Shown here in pieces: positions 49,852-63,955 of a stretch of 64,000 nt of DNA. The notes under the pieces are model-generated. The model was not told the origin of the DNA. It saw nothing but the letters and a program-made list of their open reading frames with translations, and ran no database searches. A program made the translations under genes and the position numbers. Origin of the DNA: Octopus bimaculoides (lineage: Eukaryota); the NCBI RefSeq assembly GCF_001194135.2, contig NC_068982.1, positions 18,381,364 through 18,445,363 on the forward strand, in the 5' to 3' direction. Numbering within the stretch: position 1 is the first letter of the stretch; each line of letters opens with the position of its first letter.

Positions 49852-50288
49852 TCTTTTATTCTTTTATTTGTTTCAGTCATTTGACTGTGGCCATGCTGGA
49901 GCACCGCCTGTACTCGAACACATCGAACCCAGGACTGAATTCTTTGTAATCCTAGTACTTAGTCTAATCGGTCTCCTTTGGCGAACAGCTAGGTTACGGG
50001 AACATAAACACACCAACATCGGTTGTCAAGCGATTGTGGTGGGACAAACACAGACACACAAGCACACACACCCACAAGCACACACACACACAAGCACACA
50101 CACACACAAGCACACACACACATACATATATGCATATATACGACGGGCCTTTTTCAGTTTCCATCTACCAAATCCACTCACAAGTCTGTGGTCGGCCCAA
50201 GGTGACACTTGCCCAAGGTGCCACGCAGTGGGACTGAACGCAGAACCATGTGGTATGAAAGCAAGCTACTTACCACACAGCCACTCCT
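49852..50288 (-). mobile_element. SINE family A, full length, with expanded internal (CACAAG)-type repeat
   Basis: Reverse-complement tail at 49852-49900 and head ...accacacagccactcct at 50270-50288. Confidence 0.9.
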
Positions 50289-50293
50289 CTACA

Positions 50294-50327
<34 letters not shown>

Positions 50328-50422
50328 CATACATACATACATACACACACATATATACGCGTGCGTGTATGTGCGTGTATTTGTTATTTTAAACGGTGGA
50401 GATAAATTGCTTTCAAATGTTT

Positions 50423-50622
50423 GGTATAAGCCGAGCAATTTTGGGGGATGATTAAGTCGGTTGCAGCAATCCGTGCAATCAGCTGGTAGTTGCTTTATTC
50501 ACTCCGAAATGACGAAAGGTGAAGTCGACTTCGGCGGAATTTAAGCGCAGACCATAAAGCCGAAAGAAATGCCCCTAAGCCCTTTGAACTGCACGATAAG
50601 AACTCTGTCAACTCACTGCGTT
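50423..50622 (-). mobile_element. SINE family B, degenerate
   Basis: gaaaggtgaagtcgacttcggcggaatttaagcgcag matches the family B core. Confidence 0.7.
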
Positions 50623-51199
50623 AACGGTGGTAATAAATTAGGTCTGAATTTAGAGACACAGCGGTGCTAGACATCGAGACGACCTGTAGACTCCAAAGAA
50701 AGGGATCTAGGCGAATAAAAGAACAATAACTTTTAGAGGAGATTGACATGTCCCAAATGACCAGTCGCGTTTTATCACATATCACTTTACTATATCTTTT
50801 ATTTTGCTTTAACGTTATCTTCTTGTCTTGCTAATTTCTTATTTATCATAATACTGCTAATGGAAATTTATAGCCAAAGAACGTATTTAATACATTATTT
50901 GTTTTTCTATTTATTTAAATCTCTATTTTCATTTCTTGTACATTTTACGCATATATATGTATTGTTATTTGATTCCGTTATCCTTATTCTATGAATTTTT
51001 GCATTCATTCTTATTTTATTCTATGTATATTTTATCCGTATATATTTTTATATACCTCCCCGTCTTTTAGGTGTATTTTATTTTTTACTATAAGCGTCTC
51101 TTCTCTTAAACCATTCTATGTATAGAAATATTTTCTGAATTTAGCATAGTTTCTACATTTCAATGTATATCTGTGTGTGTGTGTATGCATATATATATT

Positions 51200-51301
<102 letters not shown>

Positions 51302-51916
51302 CATACGTACATACATACACACACACACATACAGGTAATCCAACACACAAGCACACACATACGTACATATGCATATATGTATAAATTTTGTTTCTCTCTC
51401 CCTCCTTCTGTCTCCCTACTTCCCATCCCATCTCTCTTTCCGGCCCTTTCTCTCTCTGTGCCTCTTTCTCTCTGTGCCTCTCTCTCTCTGTGCCTCTCTC
51501 TCTCATTTATATATTCCTCATTTTCCCTCTTCTTCCCTTCGCAGTTTAATGCTGGTTGGATCCCGAGAATCTTCAGAATGAGAGAAAAGGAAACCATGAT
51601 GGTCCTCTGGAGGACAATACCATTTAGTCTGCTGTGACCTTGGGACGATCTCAGTTACAGGAAATCAAGAGAATGTAAGAATTTCATAGCTTCCTACACG
51701 AACCATAAACTTATTTATCAAAGTAGTTAATAAAAAATTCAATGGAATGAATAAGCACATATTACCGTTAATAACACTACCATCACCTTCAATGTCACCT
51801 CTAAAATATCTGTCAGCCAATCATATATATACGAGTAATGTCTACGTTTGTTTGAGTGTGTGTATGTGTGTGTTTGTAAGCATGTGTGTTTGTCCTTCTC
51901 TCCTTGTATCTATATA

Positions 51917-52097
51917 TACACGAGGGTGGGGGTATGAAAGGTTCCTGGATTTGTAAAAAAGAAAATACAGGAGGATCAGTTAATTATGATTTTATGCAAC
52001 CTACTACCATGTCAGATTCACAGCTATTGCGGCGGTAATTCAGCCTTCCTATGTCCTGTAAAAGAAGTCGCTGAAGTGGACAGGCGCGTTCATATGT
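51917..52097. mobile_element. Solitary mariner terminus
   Basis: TACACGAGGG...GAAAGGTTCCTGG resembles the TACGAGG...AAAAGTTCC TIR type, also seen at 57907-57936. No partner TIR found. Confidence 0.55.
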
Positions 52098-52439
52098 TTG
52101 AGTTAGGCACTGAAAGTCTTTCCGTTTTTGTAAGTCTCTGGTTAAGGAGTACATTTTAATTATATACTGATAGATCTAATGGCTTACTTGTCTATTACAA
52201 CACCGGACTGCAAGATATGTATATGCGTGTGTATGTGTGTGTGTGTGTTTATGTATGTATGTATTTTTGCATACGTGTCATTCAGTTTTATTTCGAGATT
52301 TATCGCCAATAGAGAAAGAGTTGGTTTCTTATATAGATATGCGGCTCTTTCATTGGAATTGTTTTAGATAGTGACTGTGTATGTCGGTTGGCTGGCATTC
52401 GTATGTATGCATGCATGCATGCATTTATGTATGCATGTA

Positions 52440-52748
52440 AAACGGTTAAGACTTCCTTCGGTTGTGAATGACCATTGCGATTGCACCTAGAAACTTCCCT
52501 TCCGAGACACAAATTGTTTATGGAAGATGAACAGTCGCTCACGGATACCAACCTCCCCTCTACACGCCACCGATGTTATCCAAGGAAAAGGCATAGGCCG
52601 ATACAACTTGGTACTAGTGAGTCGGAACTCATTTCAGATGACTGAACTGGAGTAACGTGAAAAAAAAAGAGAACCCGGTCCGAGAATCGAACGCACTACC
52701 TCACCATTCTGAGCCCGACTTACTAATCACTCAGCTATTCGCCTTCAC
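52440..52748 (-). mobile_element. tRNA-derived SINE, family C (distinct from A and B), with an internal deletion
   Basis: Minus-strand head GTGAAGGCGAATAGCTGAGTGATTAG (A-box-like) ... GCGTTCGATTCTC (B-box), followed by ttcacgttactccagttcagtc body. Confidence 0.7.
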
Positions 52749-52874
52749 TGTGAAGGTGTATGCATTATGTATGTATTTATGAATGTATGTATGTATGAAT
52801 GTATGTATGTATGTATGTATGAATGTATGTATGTATGAATGTATGTATGTATGAATGTATGTATGTATGTGTGC

Positions 52875-52914
<40 letters not shown>

Positions 52915-53889
52915 GTGTTTGAGTGCGATTACGATTATGCGTAACTATTTCTCATCAGTGGGAAATCCTATCTCCACTATCCCTTCTCAGTATGTATTTG
53001 TGCGCGTTTTCGACGTTGATCTTACATTTTCTCAATCAACTCACTATCCTACTCATGGTCTTGATGTCTACGTGGCGGAGAATTTCTCAAAGAGAAGTAA
53101 ATATATCGTTTCCATGTATCCAATTTCTATGACAAGTCCTTGGATCGGCCAGATTCACTAATTAAATTCTCGTGCTTAATATATTACACGATAGACTGGA
53201 ACCCAGAAACTCTCGATTGCAACGAAACAACTCAACCAACATAGTGTTAGAATTGAATGTTTGTACTCACTAGTTTATTAAAGTATCCTATAATTGTCAA
53301 ATTTAAAATTACGGTGAACTGTCTTTTCTAACCACTTTTGAACTAATGCAATACTTGCTATGATTGTCAAGTACCGCAGTATTCCATCAAACCATTTAAG
53401 CTCTACCACAAATGAAAGTGATAAATACATTCATTTCCTACTATATGATTTCCTTCCATGATCTCGTTTTTCTTTTGATCTCCTGTTCTTCCTTCATAAA
53501 CACACTTCTCCTTCTCTTTCACTCCATAATCGTTTTATCTTTCTTTAGATTCATTTCCGATCGGCCATTTAATATATATCATCATCGCTTGACATACGCT
53601 CCCTTTAAATGCATTGTATACAGCACTAAGTTCAGCCTGGAGGAATATCTAATTGAATCAGCAGCGTTCTATCAAAGGCGCCTGTTCACAAACACAAACG
53701 TGCTCAAACACAACCAAGCCCCTTGACACACCCAATATACATATGCATTTACATACATACATGCATACATACATAGATACATACACACATATATATATAC
53801 ATACACAAATAAACATATACATGTATGTTTGCTTGTATGCGACTATCTTTTCCTTCCTCCATCCATCCATCCATCCATCCACCAATCCT

Positions 53890-53934
<45 letters not shown>

Positions 53935-56900
53935 TGAAGTGTGTGTGAGTGTATGGGTGTCTGTGTGTGTGTGTATAGACACATTGGAAAACAAAGAAAG
54001 TGTCATTCACAAACGCACATTCATACATACACATTACTGAATTTGGATTCTTAGCGAAAGGACGCAGCTTCGCAATCATGCGCTAGAGATGATCGCGATA
54101 TCTAGGGCAATATAAATGTAAAGTTTTTCAAATTGAAAGCCTGATTAGTCGGTCAATGACGAAAAGAACACGATTACCATTTATGGCAATAAAATATCTT
54201 TTATCTTCAACCTGTCCACTGAACAAGTGAACGGTCAGAACCAAAAACAACAAATTTACGAGCGTACTCACAAAACCTTAACCACATAGGCACATGCACG
54301 AGCGCCACTATTCATACATACACATACACATATAAATATGTATATATGCATATTACTTTGCCCTGTGCGATAATTAGATGGTATGATTTATGGCCTTTGA
54401 AATCATTTCTTTTAATGCTTAGTCATTCTTTCTCAATTAATGGCAATTGCATGATGTTCAATTCTATGCTACGCCTTCCGAGGATTTTATGAAGGCCAAC
54501 CGCAAGTACTGTTTTTTCCTGTAGTTTTATCTTCCGCTGCTGTTCACTGCCTACATCGTAAAACGATAATCTGTGGGAAGGAGAATAATCAGGCATGTGT
54601 GATTATATATAGAAAGGAAAACAGAATATCTCCAAACCTTCTGAAAAAAACTAACAACATTGGAGTATAACGATAGATAGGTGAATGTAAGAATGCATAT
54701 GTTGGTTTTGATACCTACACAGTAGATCAAATATAGAGAGATATGTACAGTATCGCAGATAGAGGCAATGTTCATGACAGGGATAAATTATTCGATTATG
54801 AAAAGTGTTCCATTGAATTAAATGAGCCGTGAAATTAGCAGAAATATACGATAATAAACGCAATGCAAATTATGTCTATTAACTGGGACAGTATAAAGTA
54901 ATATATAGAGTGTAAACGTTTATAGTGAGAAATATTGATGGTCTTAGAGGGGAATTGAGCCTGCTTAAAAATTTAATACTTTAGGGCCGTTCTTGAAAGT
55001 ATAGTTGTCTACGAAGTGCAATGTCGAACTCTCAGTAAATCGATTGTTAAAATTCTAGTCTACGTACATAACCGGCTATAAGAAAAGTAAGCATACAGTT
55101 ATGGGGACACATAAAGTTACATCTAGCTTTAACAATATAGAGACTGATATTCTGTGGACATTCCGACAAAATAATGAATTATTCCACGATGTGAGATTAT
55201 AAGACAAAATAAATGACAAAGAAAGAAAGGTAGACTTGCCCAAATGTGACATCGTGATGCTGGAACCTACAGATCTCATTGATCGCATATTATACCAGCA
55301 ACAATAAAAGACAGAGTTTAGTGAAAGCCTACAAACAATGGGACCAAATATAAAGATAAAGATGAACACACATCCTCGTTTACTTTTACATTTACAACTT
55401 TAGCTTATGAAACTTTCGCTGAACTTGATGTTTTCGTTTCAGATGTAGGAACATTTATTGCAAAGACACAGATTTATTTCAGTATAGATAAGAAATGCAC
55501 TTGATGTTTATTGATTTCCAAGCAAATGAGTTGTAGAGCGAAGTGACGGCTGTCAGTTGCGTTAGCTGTCCAAGTATATATATGATTTGTTTTCGTATAT
55601 TATGGACATTTCTAAATATATTTTGCTATGTCATTCAGTTCAGTTACTTGTAAAGAGTAACCCGGTTTGTAGTTGTTGCTGGAGTTGTTGTTGTGTCAAA
55701 TTTCTAAGCAAAGGCATCCCAGCCATTATCATCTGGTCTTCTTTTCCTTATATATAATATATCGTCTATGTCCTCTGCATACTTGTAGAAGACGTTAGGA
55801 TCTGATTTGATTGTTAATTCTTGCCAATCGGTCGATCGAATTGGCTCGCCTTAACAGAGTTGTGAATGCTATTATTTAGTCCCGAGTACAAGATATTTAG
55901 ACGAGTCTATTTCGAAATATGTTTCGGACACCAATATTACACTATGCTGAAACAGTTTATAAAAGAGAACATTATTCAATACCTCATGTACTTCTGAGTA
56001 CAATGAGAACTTATATAACATAGATATGATAATGATTTCAAATATAAAATCTAGTTCGAAAAACATACCACGGCTGATGCTATTGCGTAGCCTTATGGTA
56101 ATCCTTAAGTAGAAGATTTAGTGCGCACAGTCGACCAAATGACGACGATCAGTACGTATAATTCCACGTGCACTCCTGCAGTAATGCATGACACTGGAAA
56201 CAAATTGATGATATATGTAAACGTGTGCCATCCAATTTCTATTCAATGATTATACTCCCATAGATTGAGCTGGTAGTGAAAACAAAATTTGACGTTTAGA
56301 ATTGGTCGGAGTTTAGCAGTTGCTCTACATCTAGGAATAGAGTTTTCGACAAATCAAACTGTTGATGTTGCAGCTTGTTGAGCGAATGTGGACCAGGTAT
56401 TGATCTACGTATGTACGTGCATTGTTTGGCCCATCTAATACATCTGCAAGGGATGTTGTTTTCGTGGTCTATAATATGCATTTGCCTCCAAATTTGTTTA
56501 CCTCTTCTGCGAGTGCATCCCATTAGCATTTCATATTTGCTGGTGTTGCTAGTTATAAAGGAATTTATGTATTTAAAAGGTACAATATTTAAAGCGCACC
56601 CATGTCATTTGTTAGGAAGTGCCTTGCAATACTGAATGACATCCAAATAACACTTTTGAATGTCATTCAGTGTCTCTTATTTATATTGAAAGACATTGTC
56701 ACGTGATGCTGACTGTAAGAATATTCAAATTATAGACCTTATTCTTATCTCCGTGTCTTTAGATCAAACAATGCGGTAATTAAACTATATTTTGATTAGG
56801 TTTTAATTATTTGTGAATATACAAACAAACAGTATAATTTTCAACAATATGCTTTGTATAAAAGTAAAACTTATGTAATTGAATATAAATTAGGTAATTA

Positions 56901-57091
56901 TTTCTAGGTTTAGTAATTTGTAACTGAATTTATAACCAAAAGAAATCACAAGATAATTAACACCTCTCATTCCCAATATATATTCAGATCATTTGCCTAC
57001 CAAAGTAGATAACGGAAAGACTGCAAACACAAACGCTATCCATAACAATAAATAAAGCAGGATTCCATTAAAATAAGGACCTCCTCATATA

Positions 57092-57130
<39 letters not shown>

Positions 57131-57338
57131 NNNNNNNNNNNNNNNNNNNNNNNNNNNNNNNNNNNNNNNNNNNNNNNNNNNNNNNNNNNNNNNNNNNNNN
57201 NNNNNNNNNNNNNNNNNNNNNNNNNNNNNNNNNNNNNNNNNNNNNNNNNNNNNNNNNNNNNNNNNNNNNNNNNNNNNNNNNNNNNNNNNNNNNNNNNNNN
57301 NNNNNNNNNNNNNNNNNNNNNNNNNNNNNNNNNNNNNN

Positions 57339-57936
57339 GACGAGGCAATATGGATCGCACACAATATTTTGAGTGGCACGGGCGCTTCAAAAGCGGAAGA
57401 ACATCCCCAGAAGATGATGAGCGATCTGGAAAACCTGGTACGTGCGTGACCTCTGGAAGTGTGTATTGTGCAACGAGGTTTGTCCTTCAGAGCCAAACCA
57501 TCAATCTAGAGTTCTACCGCGACGTTTTGACGCGTTTGAGCGACCAGATCGGTGGGGCGTAGAGAATTTTATTCTTCACAGCGACTAATGTACCTTGTCA
57601 CCGAGTTCTCCTCACTCGTGCATTTTTCGCTAAAAACAACATGGGATCACTTTCGCACCCACCCTATTCGGCAGATTTAGCACATGCGGATTTCCATCTC
57701 TTCCCAAAAATGAAAATGTGGTTCAGAGGTTGCTGTTTTAACACCGTTGTCGAAACCTAGAGCAAATCACAAAAGGTCGACGACTTCTAGGCCATTCCAA
57801 AATTGACAGGTCCACTGAGACCGCTTTATTGCTGTGCAAGGTGACTATTTCGAAAGAGATGATGTTAAAACTAAGGTAAATAAATTATTCTTTATTAAAC
57901 ATAACAATTCCTGGAACTTTTTGATGCCACCTCTTA
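57339..57936 (+). mobile_element. Internally deleted mariner (5' end lies in a gap)
   Basis: MDRTQYFEWHGRFKSGRTSPEDDERSGKP joined almost directly to LQSQTINLEFYRDVLTRL, then HPPYSADLAHADFHLFPKMK; right TIR ggaactttttgatgccacctc. Confidence 0.85.
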
Positions 57937-59024
57937 TATATGACTGCATATATTACGTATTACTTTGATAAACAATGATTTACATGCAATTCTTTAGTTA
58001 TGCTTTGTACTCTCTTCAAAAATAATTGGATACAATCATTAAATCACATATAATTATTGAAAATTTGCATTATTGCCTAATTTGGATTAATTTTCTCGTT
58101 ATCTTATTTGGTTATATTATAATAATTGGAATATTTTCTGCCTAAATTAATCTTTAGATTGCATTTCATTGAAAGCGATTTTTATGGAGACGTTTTGTTA
58201 AAAGCTATTTCCTATACATATTTTATATTTTTGCCAATTTGTTTATCGTCTTTCACGTGCATCTGTAAAGCATTTTATAGCATTGAATAGAACTTGCCAA
58301 TCGGTAATTTATGCACCAAAAGGATAGGTATCATTTTAGATATAAATCATAATTTTGATTCTAATATTTAAAGAAAAAAAACTAAAGAAAATATTTCATT
58401 TAAATTATATTTTCTAAACAAATATTTCATGTACTTCATAAGAAATTAAATTGTTTACGATAATTACAAATTTTAAAATGAAATTCAATATTAAAGATAA
58501 GAGGATAGTTTTCAAAGGGACTACGCATCCGAAAATTATTAAAGTGCTCTGTTAGGGAACTTTCGATATAATACACTCACTCACACACGTATGAAAAACA
58601 CAGAAATAAACATACACGCGTATATACGGGCCAATAAACACACATACACATACAAATAAACATACACTTAATACAAAAAAGTACACACATACATATGAGT
58701 GTGTAGGTCTGTAAATATATGCAGGCGTGTTTTTGTGCCTATCATTTGAATCGATAATATTTCCGGAAATAGTAGATGGATGTTTTTAGAGTCTCTGTTC
58801 TCTGTATATGGTGTAACGTACATACACATACTGCTTAAGTACGCCTCTACGAAAGCATAATTCTCAATATACGCCAAAACGTTAGAAACGGCCTACGTCA
58901 AATTTCACTGACACGTATTCCTGACGTGCTCTGCACATACATCGACGGAAAGGTACAATAAATTATTCAAAGAAAACCCGTGCGTATATGGGTGAATGTA
59001 TGTATATATATGCATATAGTTAGT

Positions 59025-59075
<51 letters not shown>

Positions 59076-59968
59076 NNNNNNNNNNNNNNNNNNNNNNNNN
59101 NNNNNNNNNNNNNNNNNNNNNNNNNNNNNNNNNNNNNNNNNNNNNNNNNNNNNNNNNNNNNNNNNNNNNNNNNNNNNNNNNNNNNNNNNNNNNNNNNNNN
59201 NNNNNNNNNNNNNNNNNNNNNNNNNNNNNNNNNNNNNNNNNNNNNNNNNNNNNNNNNNNNNNNNNNNNNNNNNNNNNNNNNNNNNNNNNNNNNNNNNNNN
59301 NNNNNNNNNNNNNNNNNNNNNNNNNNNNNNNNNNNNNNNNNNNNNNNNNNNNNNNNNNNNNNNNNNNNNNNNNNNNNNNNNNNNNNNNNNNNNNNNNNNN
59401 NNNNNNNNNNNNNNNNNNNNNNNNNNNNNNNNNNNNNNNNNNNNNNNNNNNNNNNNNNNNNNNNNNNNNNNNNNNNNNNNNNNNNNNNNNNNNNNNNNNN
59501 NNNNNNNNNNNNNNNNNNNNNNNNNNNNNNNNNNNNNNNNNNNNNNNNNNNNNNNNNNNNNNNNNNNNNNNNNNNNNNNNNNNNNNNNNNNNNNNNNNNN
59601 NNNNNNNNNNNNNNNNNNNNNNNNNNNNNNNNNNNNNNNNNNNNNNNNNNNNNNNNNNNNNNNNNNNNNNNNNNNNNNNNNNNNNNNNNNNNNNNNNNNN
59701 NNNNNNNNNNNNNNNNNNNNNNNNNNNNNNNNNNNNNNNNNNNNNNNNNNNNNNNNNNNNNNNNNNNNNNNNNNNNNNNNNNNNNNNNNNNNNNNNNNNN
59801 NNNNNNNNNNNNNNNNNNNNNNNNNNNNNNNNNNNNNNNNNNNNNNNNNNNNNNNNNNNNNNNNNNNNNNNNNNNNNNNNNNNNNNNNNNNNNNNNNNNN
59901 NNNNNNNNNNNNNNNNNNNNNNNNNNNNNNNNNNNNNNNNNNNNNNNNNNNNNNNNNNNNNNNNNNNN

Positions 59969-60026
<58 letters not shown>

Positions 60027-60477
60027 CACACACACACACACACATTAACACGTGCTTGTAAATGATTACACCTTTTTCGTACCTCGGCTATTATTAATTG
60101 CACCACTGACGGAATTATACCTACATGATTTCATTCTCAGCAGTGTGCAATGCCATTGTATGTTCTCAAATTAATGCAAACGAACAACTCATATCTAAAG
60201 GGATTTTTTTTTCATTCAGACCTGATGTAATACTTACACACCTCGGATTTTCTGGATTTTTCATTCACGTGGACACTGTACATTACGATGTCTTCGAATA
60301 GATTACTAATCGGGCTGGTAGCCGAGTCGGTAAGGTGTGCTTTGTGTGACAGTCGATGATTCTTTGAAATAACATCTTATACTATTCATTAAAAATGTAC
60401 ACAAATTAAGACACGCGCGCACGCCCCCTCCATACATACATATATAAACATATACATATATAAACATATACATATAT

Positions 60478-60532
<55 letters not shown>

Positions 60533-61153
60533 CATATGTGTCTGTACAAATATATGCATATATATATGAACGTGTGTAAATGTGGTTGTCTGAGTGAGTT
60601 ATTCGAATTAATTACTATATTTCAGTTTTTTCATGATTAACTTTCTTTGGAAAATATATTTTTTTTGCTTTTCATAAAGGGAACGACACCGAAATGAAAA
60701 ACATTGATAGGCAGATTTACATATTGTATCGTCAGTAAAATAAAAATAAAAAAAATATGGAAGGAATAAAAAGACAAAGCAAATTTTACTCAAATGAAAT
60801 AAATAAGTAAAAATGAGAAAACGGAATTGTAATAAATCTATGAAAAATATATAAAACAAAGTTAGTAAAATAATAAGAAATGAACAAAGAAAGATGAATA
60901 AATCTAATAATTTCAATTTAAAATCATAGTACTTATAGAATCAAGTAATACCCGGCATACCGATTTTATTTTCCACTTCAAAGTCACAGTTGTTACATAA
61001 CATATGACAATACTAATTTACTGAAAAAATATGTTGATTTTTGATATTTGATCAATATATAGCTTGGCAGTTGATGCATATTAATGATAGCGATCTGTTG
61101 ATGCAATGCTAATTTGATCAGTCTAAAAACTGTTACAAATATATTAGTTTGTA

Positions 61154-61272
<119 letters not shown>

Positions 61273-61429
61273 CAATGTATTTTTATGAAATCATATTGGC
61301 ATAATTCCTGCAATAGTGCAATTACGAAAAAGCTGCAATCATATACAAGCACGTGGTAACATATATATATAAATGTGTGTATGTGTGTGTGTAGTTTACC
61401 TGTTATCTGTTACGTTTGTCAGATATTTC

Positions 61430-61999
61430 ACCGCGACCATTATAAGTGGATTCATTCCATAAGATCCGAACTCCATCATCCTGAGGTTCCACAAGAGGAC
61501 CATGTGCGTATAGCGACAGATGATGTAATCGAACAGGTATCAAAACTGCCAAACTGGAAAGTGGCAGGACCAGATGGAATTCAAGTTTACTGGCTCAAGT
61601 TGTTTAAGTCAACACAAGAGAAAATTGCGTTGCAATTTGACTGTTGTCTACAGAGAGGTGCAGTTCCGCAATGGTTTGTAGAGGGAAAGACAACATTGTA
61701 GATAAAAGACCAGTCAAAGGGCAAATTAGGTTGGCAATTACCGACCCATTGCTTATCTTAACCTTCTATGGAAAGTGTCATCATGCATCTACGCAGGCAA
61801 AAATATATACGATCCTTGCGGAACAAGAGGAGTATCAAAAAGGATCCAAGGGTAACAAGGATCACCTTTTGATAGACATGGTTATAATGAAGAACTGCAA
61901 ACAGTACCAAAAAAAAAAAAAATTATGCGTGGCCTGGATGGACTTTAAAAAGGCTCACGATATATTGCCGCATTCATAGATTTTGGAAACTCTCAACAT
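61430..61999 (+). mobile_element. R4/Dong-type RLE LINE relic, N-terminal part of RT
   Basis: VSKLPNWKVAGPDGIQVYWLK...VPQWFVEGKTTL...EYQKGSKGNKDHLLID...LCVAWMDFKKAHDILPHS*ILETL. Confidence 0.85.
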
Positions 62000-62511
62000 A
62001 GGCGTAGGAGTGGATGTGTGGTAAGTAGCTTGCATACGAACCACATGGTTCCGGGTTCGGTCCCACTGCGTGGCAACTTGGGTGAGTGACTTCTATTATA
62101 GCCTCGGTCCGACCAAAGCCTTGTCAGTGNNNNNNNNNNNNNNNNNNNNNNNNNNNNNNNNNNNNNNNNNNNNNNNNNNNNNNNNNNNNNNNNNNNNNNN
62201 NNNNNNNNNNNNNNNNNNNNNNNNNNNNNNNNNNNNNNNNNNNNNNNNNNNNNNNNNNNNNNNNNNNNNNNNNNNNNNNNNNNNNNNNNNNNNNNNNNNN
62301 NNNNNNNNNNNNNNNNNNNNNNNNNNNNNNNNNNNNNNNNNNNNNNNNNNNNNNNNNNNNNNNNNNNNNNNNNNNNNNNNNNNNNNNNNNNNNNNNNNNN
62401 NNNNNNNNNNNNNNNNNNNNNNNNNNNNNNNNNNNNNNNNNNNNNNNNNNNNNNNNNNNNNNNNNNNNNNNNNNNNNNNNNNNNNNNNNNNNNNNNNNNN
62501 NNNNNNNNNNN

Positions 62512-62564
<53 letters not shown>

Positions 62565-62612
62565 ATGTTTGTGTGTCTGTGTTTGTCCCCTCAACAACGC
62601 TTCACAACCGAT
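62000..62612 (+). mobile_element. SINE family A spanning a gap, 3' end missing
   Basis: Head aggcgtaggagtggatgtgtggtaag at 62000; after the gap the microsatellite and gtttgtcccc...cgcttcacaaccgat, then an abrupt switch to LINE sequence. Confidence 0.8.
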
Positions 62613-63785
62613 GAGTTGCAGGCAGTAATGAGTAAAGAAGTAAGAAAATGATTGCCAGCATTAATAGGCACCAACAGAAGGAAGCTACAAGAAATGACTA
62701 GGAATGTAGATTCTGTGATCAGTAGAATAGATACTAAAATATAAAAAAAATATGGAAGACACTAACTTATTGATCTCTGCAGGATGGGTAGTAGTCAGCA
62801 GAAGATTGGATATCTCAGAGGGAAAGATTTAAACAGAGCAATGTGGAAAAGGAGACTACAAAATGAAGTGAAGGCTTTAAGACAAGTTCTGGGTAGAAGA
62901 GAAACCTGGAAAAGAAAAAGTTAGCAAACACAAGATGCAAATCTTGTCTCGAGAAAAGATACTTAGTCAAAGAGAAAGGATCTTAGACAATGATAGAAAA
63001 GTTGAAAGAGCGTATCATAGCAGTAACAGGCAAGCTCTCCAGATATCAGAAAAAGAATAGATCTATTTCAACGGAATAGACTATTTGAGACAGATCAAAG
63101 GAGATTTTATAATCCAATATATAGTGGAGTACAAAGTAATGAAGGTGAGAACCCTAATGAAGAGGAAGCTAGAAATTTCTGGAGTAATATTTGGGATAAA
63201 CCATTCAGTCATAATGGAGATGCAGTATGGTTAAAGAAAGTGAGTGAAGAAGTAGAGAATGTGGAGCAGCCATATCTAAGATTAACTAGTGCATTAATGA
63301 GTAAAGTATTAGGAAAAATACCGAATTGGAAAGGCCCAGGACGAGTTTATTTTGAGGATACTGGCTAAAGAAATTCAGTTGTTTACATGGGAGGCTGAGG
63401 GAACAACTCCAGAATTGGCTTAATGAAGGAATAATACCAGACTGGATGTCTAGAGAGAGGAGATATTTTTTATGAGGTATAAGAGCAAGGGTAATACAAG
63501 TAGCAACTATAGGCTAATCACTTTCTAAACATTAATGTGGAAGTTGTTACCAGGAATGCTTCAGAATGCATTTACAAGCACGTTCACAAAAATAATTTAC
63601 TACCAGAAGAACAGAAAGGCTGTAGGAAGAAGGCTACAGGGACGCATAAGCTATTACAAATTGACAAAGGGTTAAATGAAGTAAAAGATACAAAGAGAAA
63701 TCTAACAATAGCATTGATAGATTACAGGGGAACCTATGGCATGTTCCCACACTCATGAATAAGTGAATGTTTGAGTGTGTGTGCC
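62613..63785 (+). mobile_element. Second R4/Dong-type RLE LINE relic (different family), pre-RT and RT N-terminus
   Basis: WKRRLQNEVKALR...FETDQRRFY...FWSNIWDK...LGKIPNWKGPG...YWLKKF...NYRLIT...LLPEEQKGCRK...IDYRGTYGMFPHS*ISECL. Confidence 0.85.
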
Positions 63786-63955
63786 TATGAGTGCGTGTGC
63801 ATGTGAGTGTTATGTGTGCATGAGTTTGTTAGTGCATGGGTGCGATCAAATATGCACAAATACATATACAATTTGTAACATACATATACGCACAACTTAA
63901 ACGTCTGTACACATATAAGTAAATGATATACGATATATATAAATATATATAAATG

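Noticed and set aside
60608-60916. 102-aa F/L/I-rich ORF resembling a membrane protein
   Set aside because: Composition is explained by an A-rich low-complexity tract.
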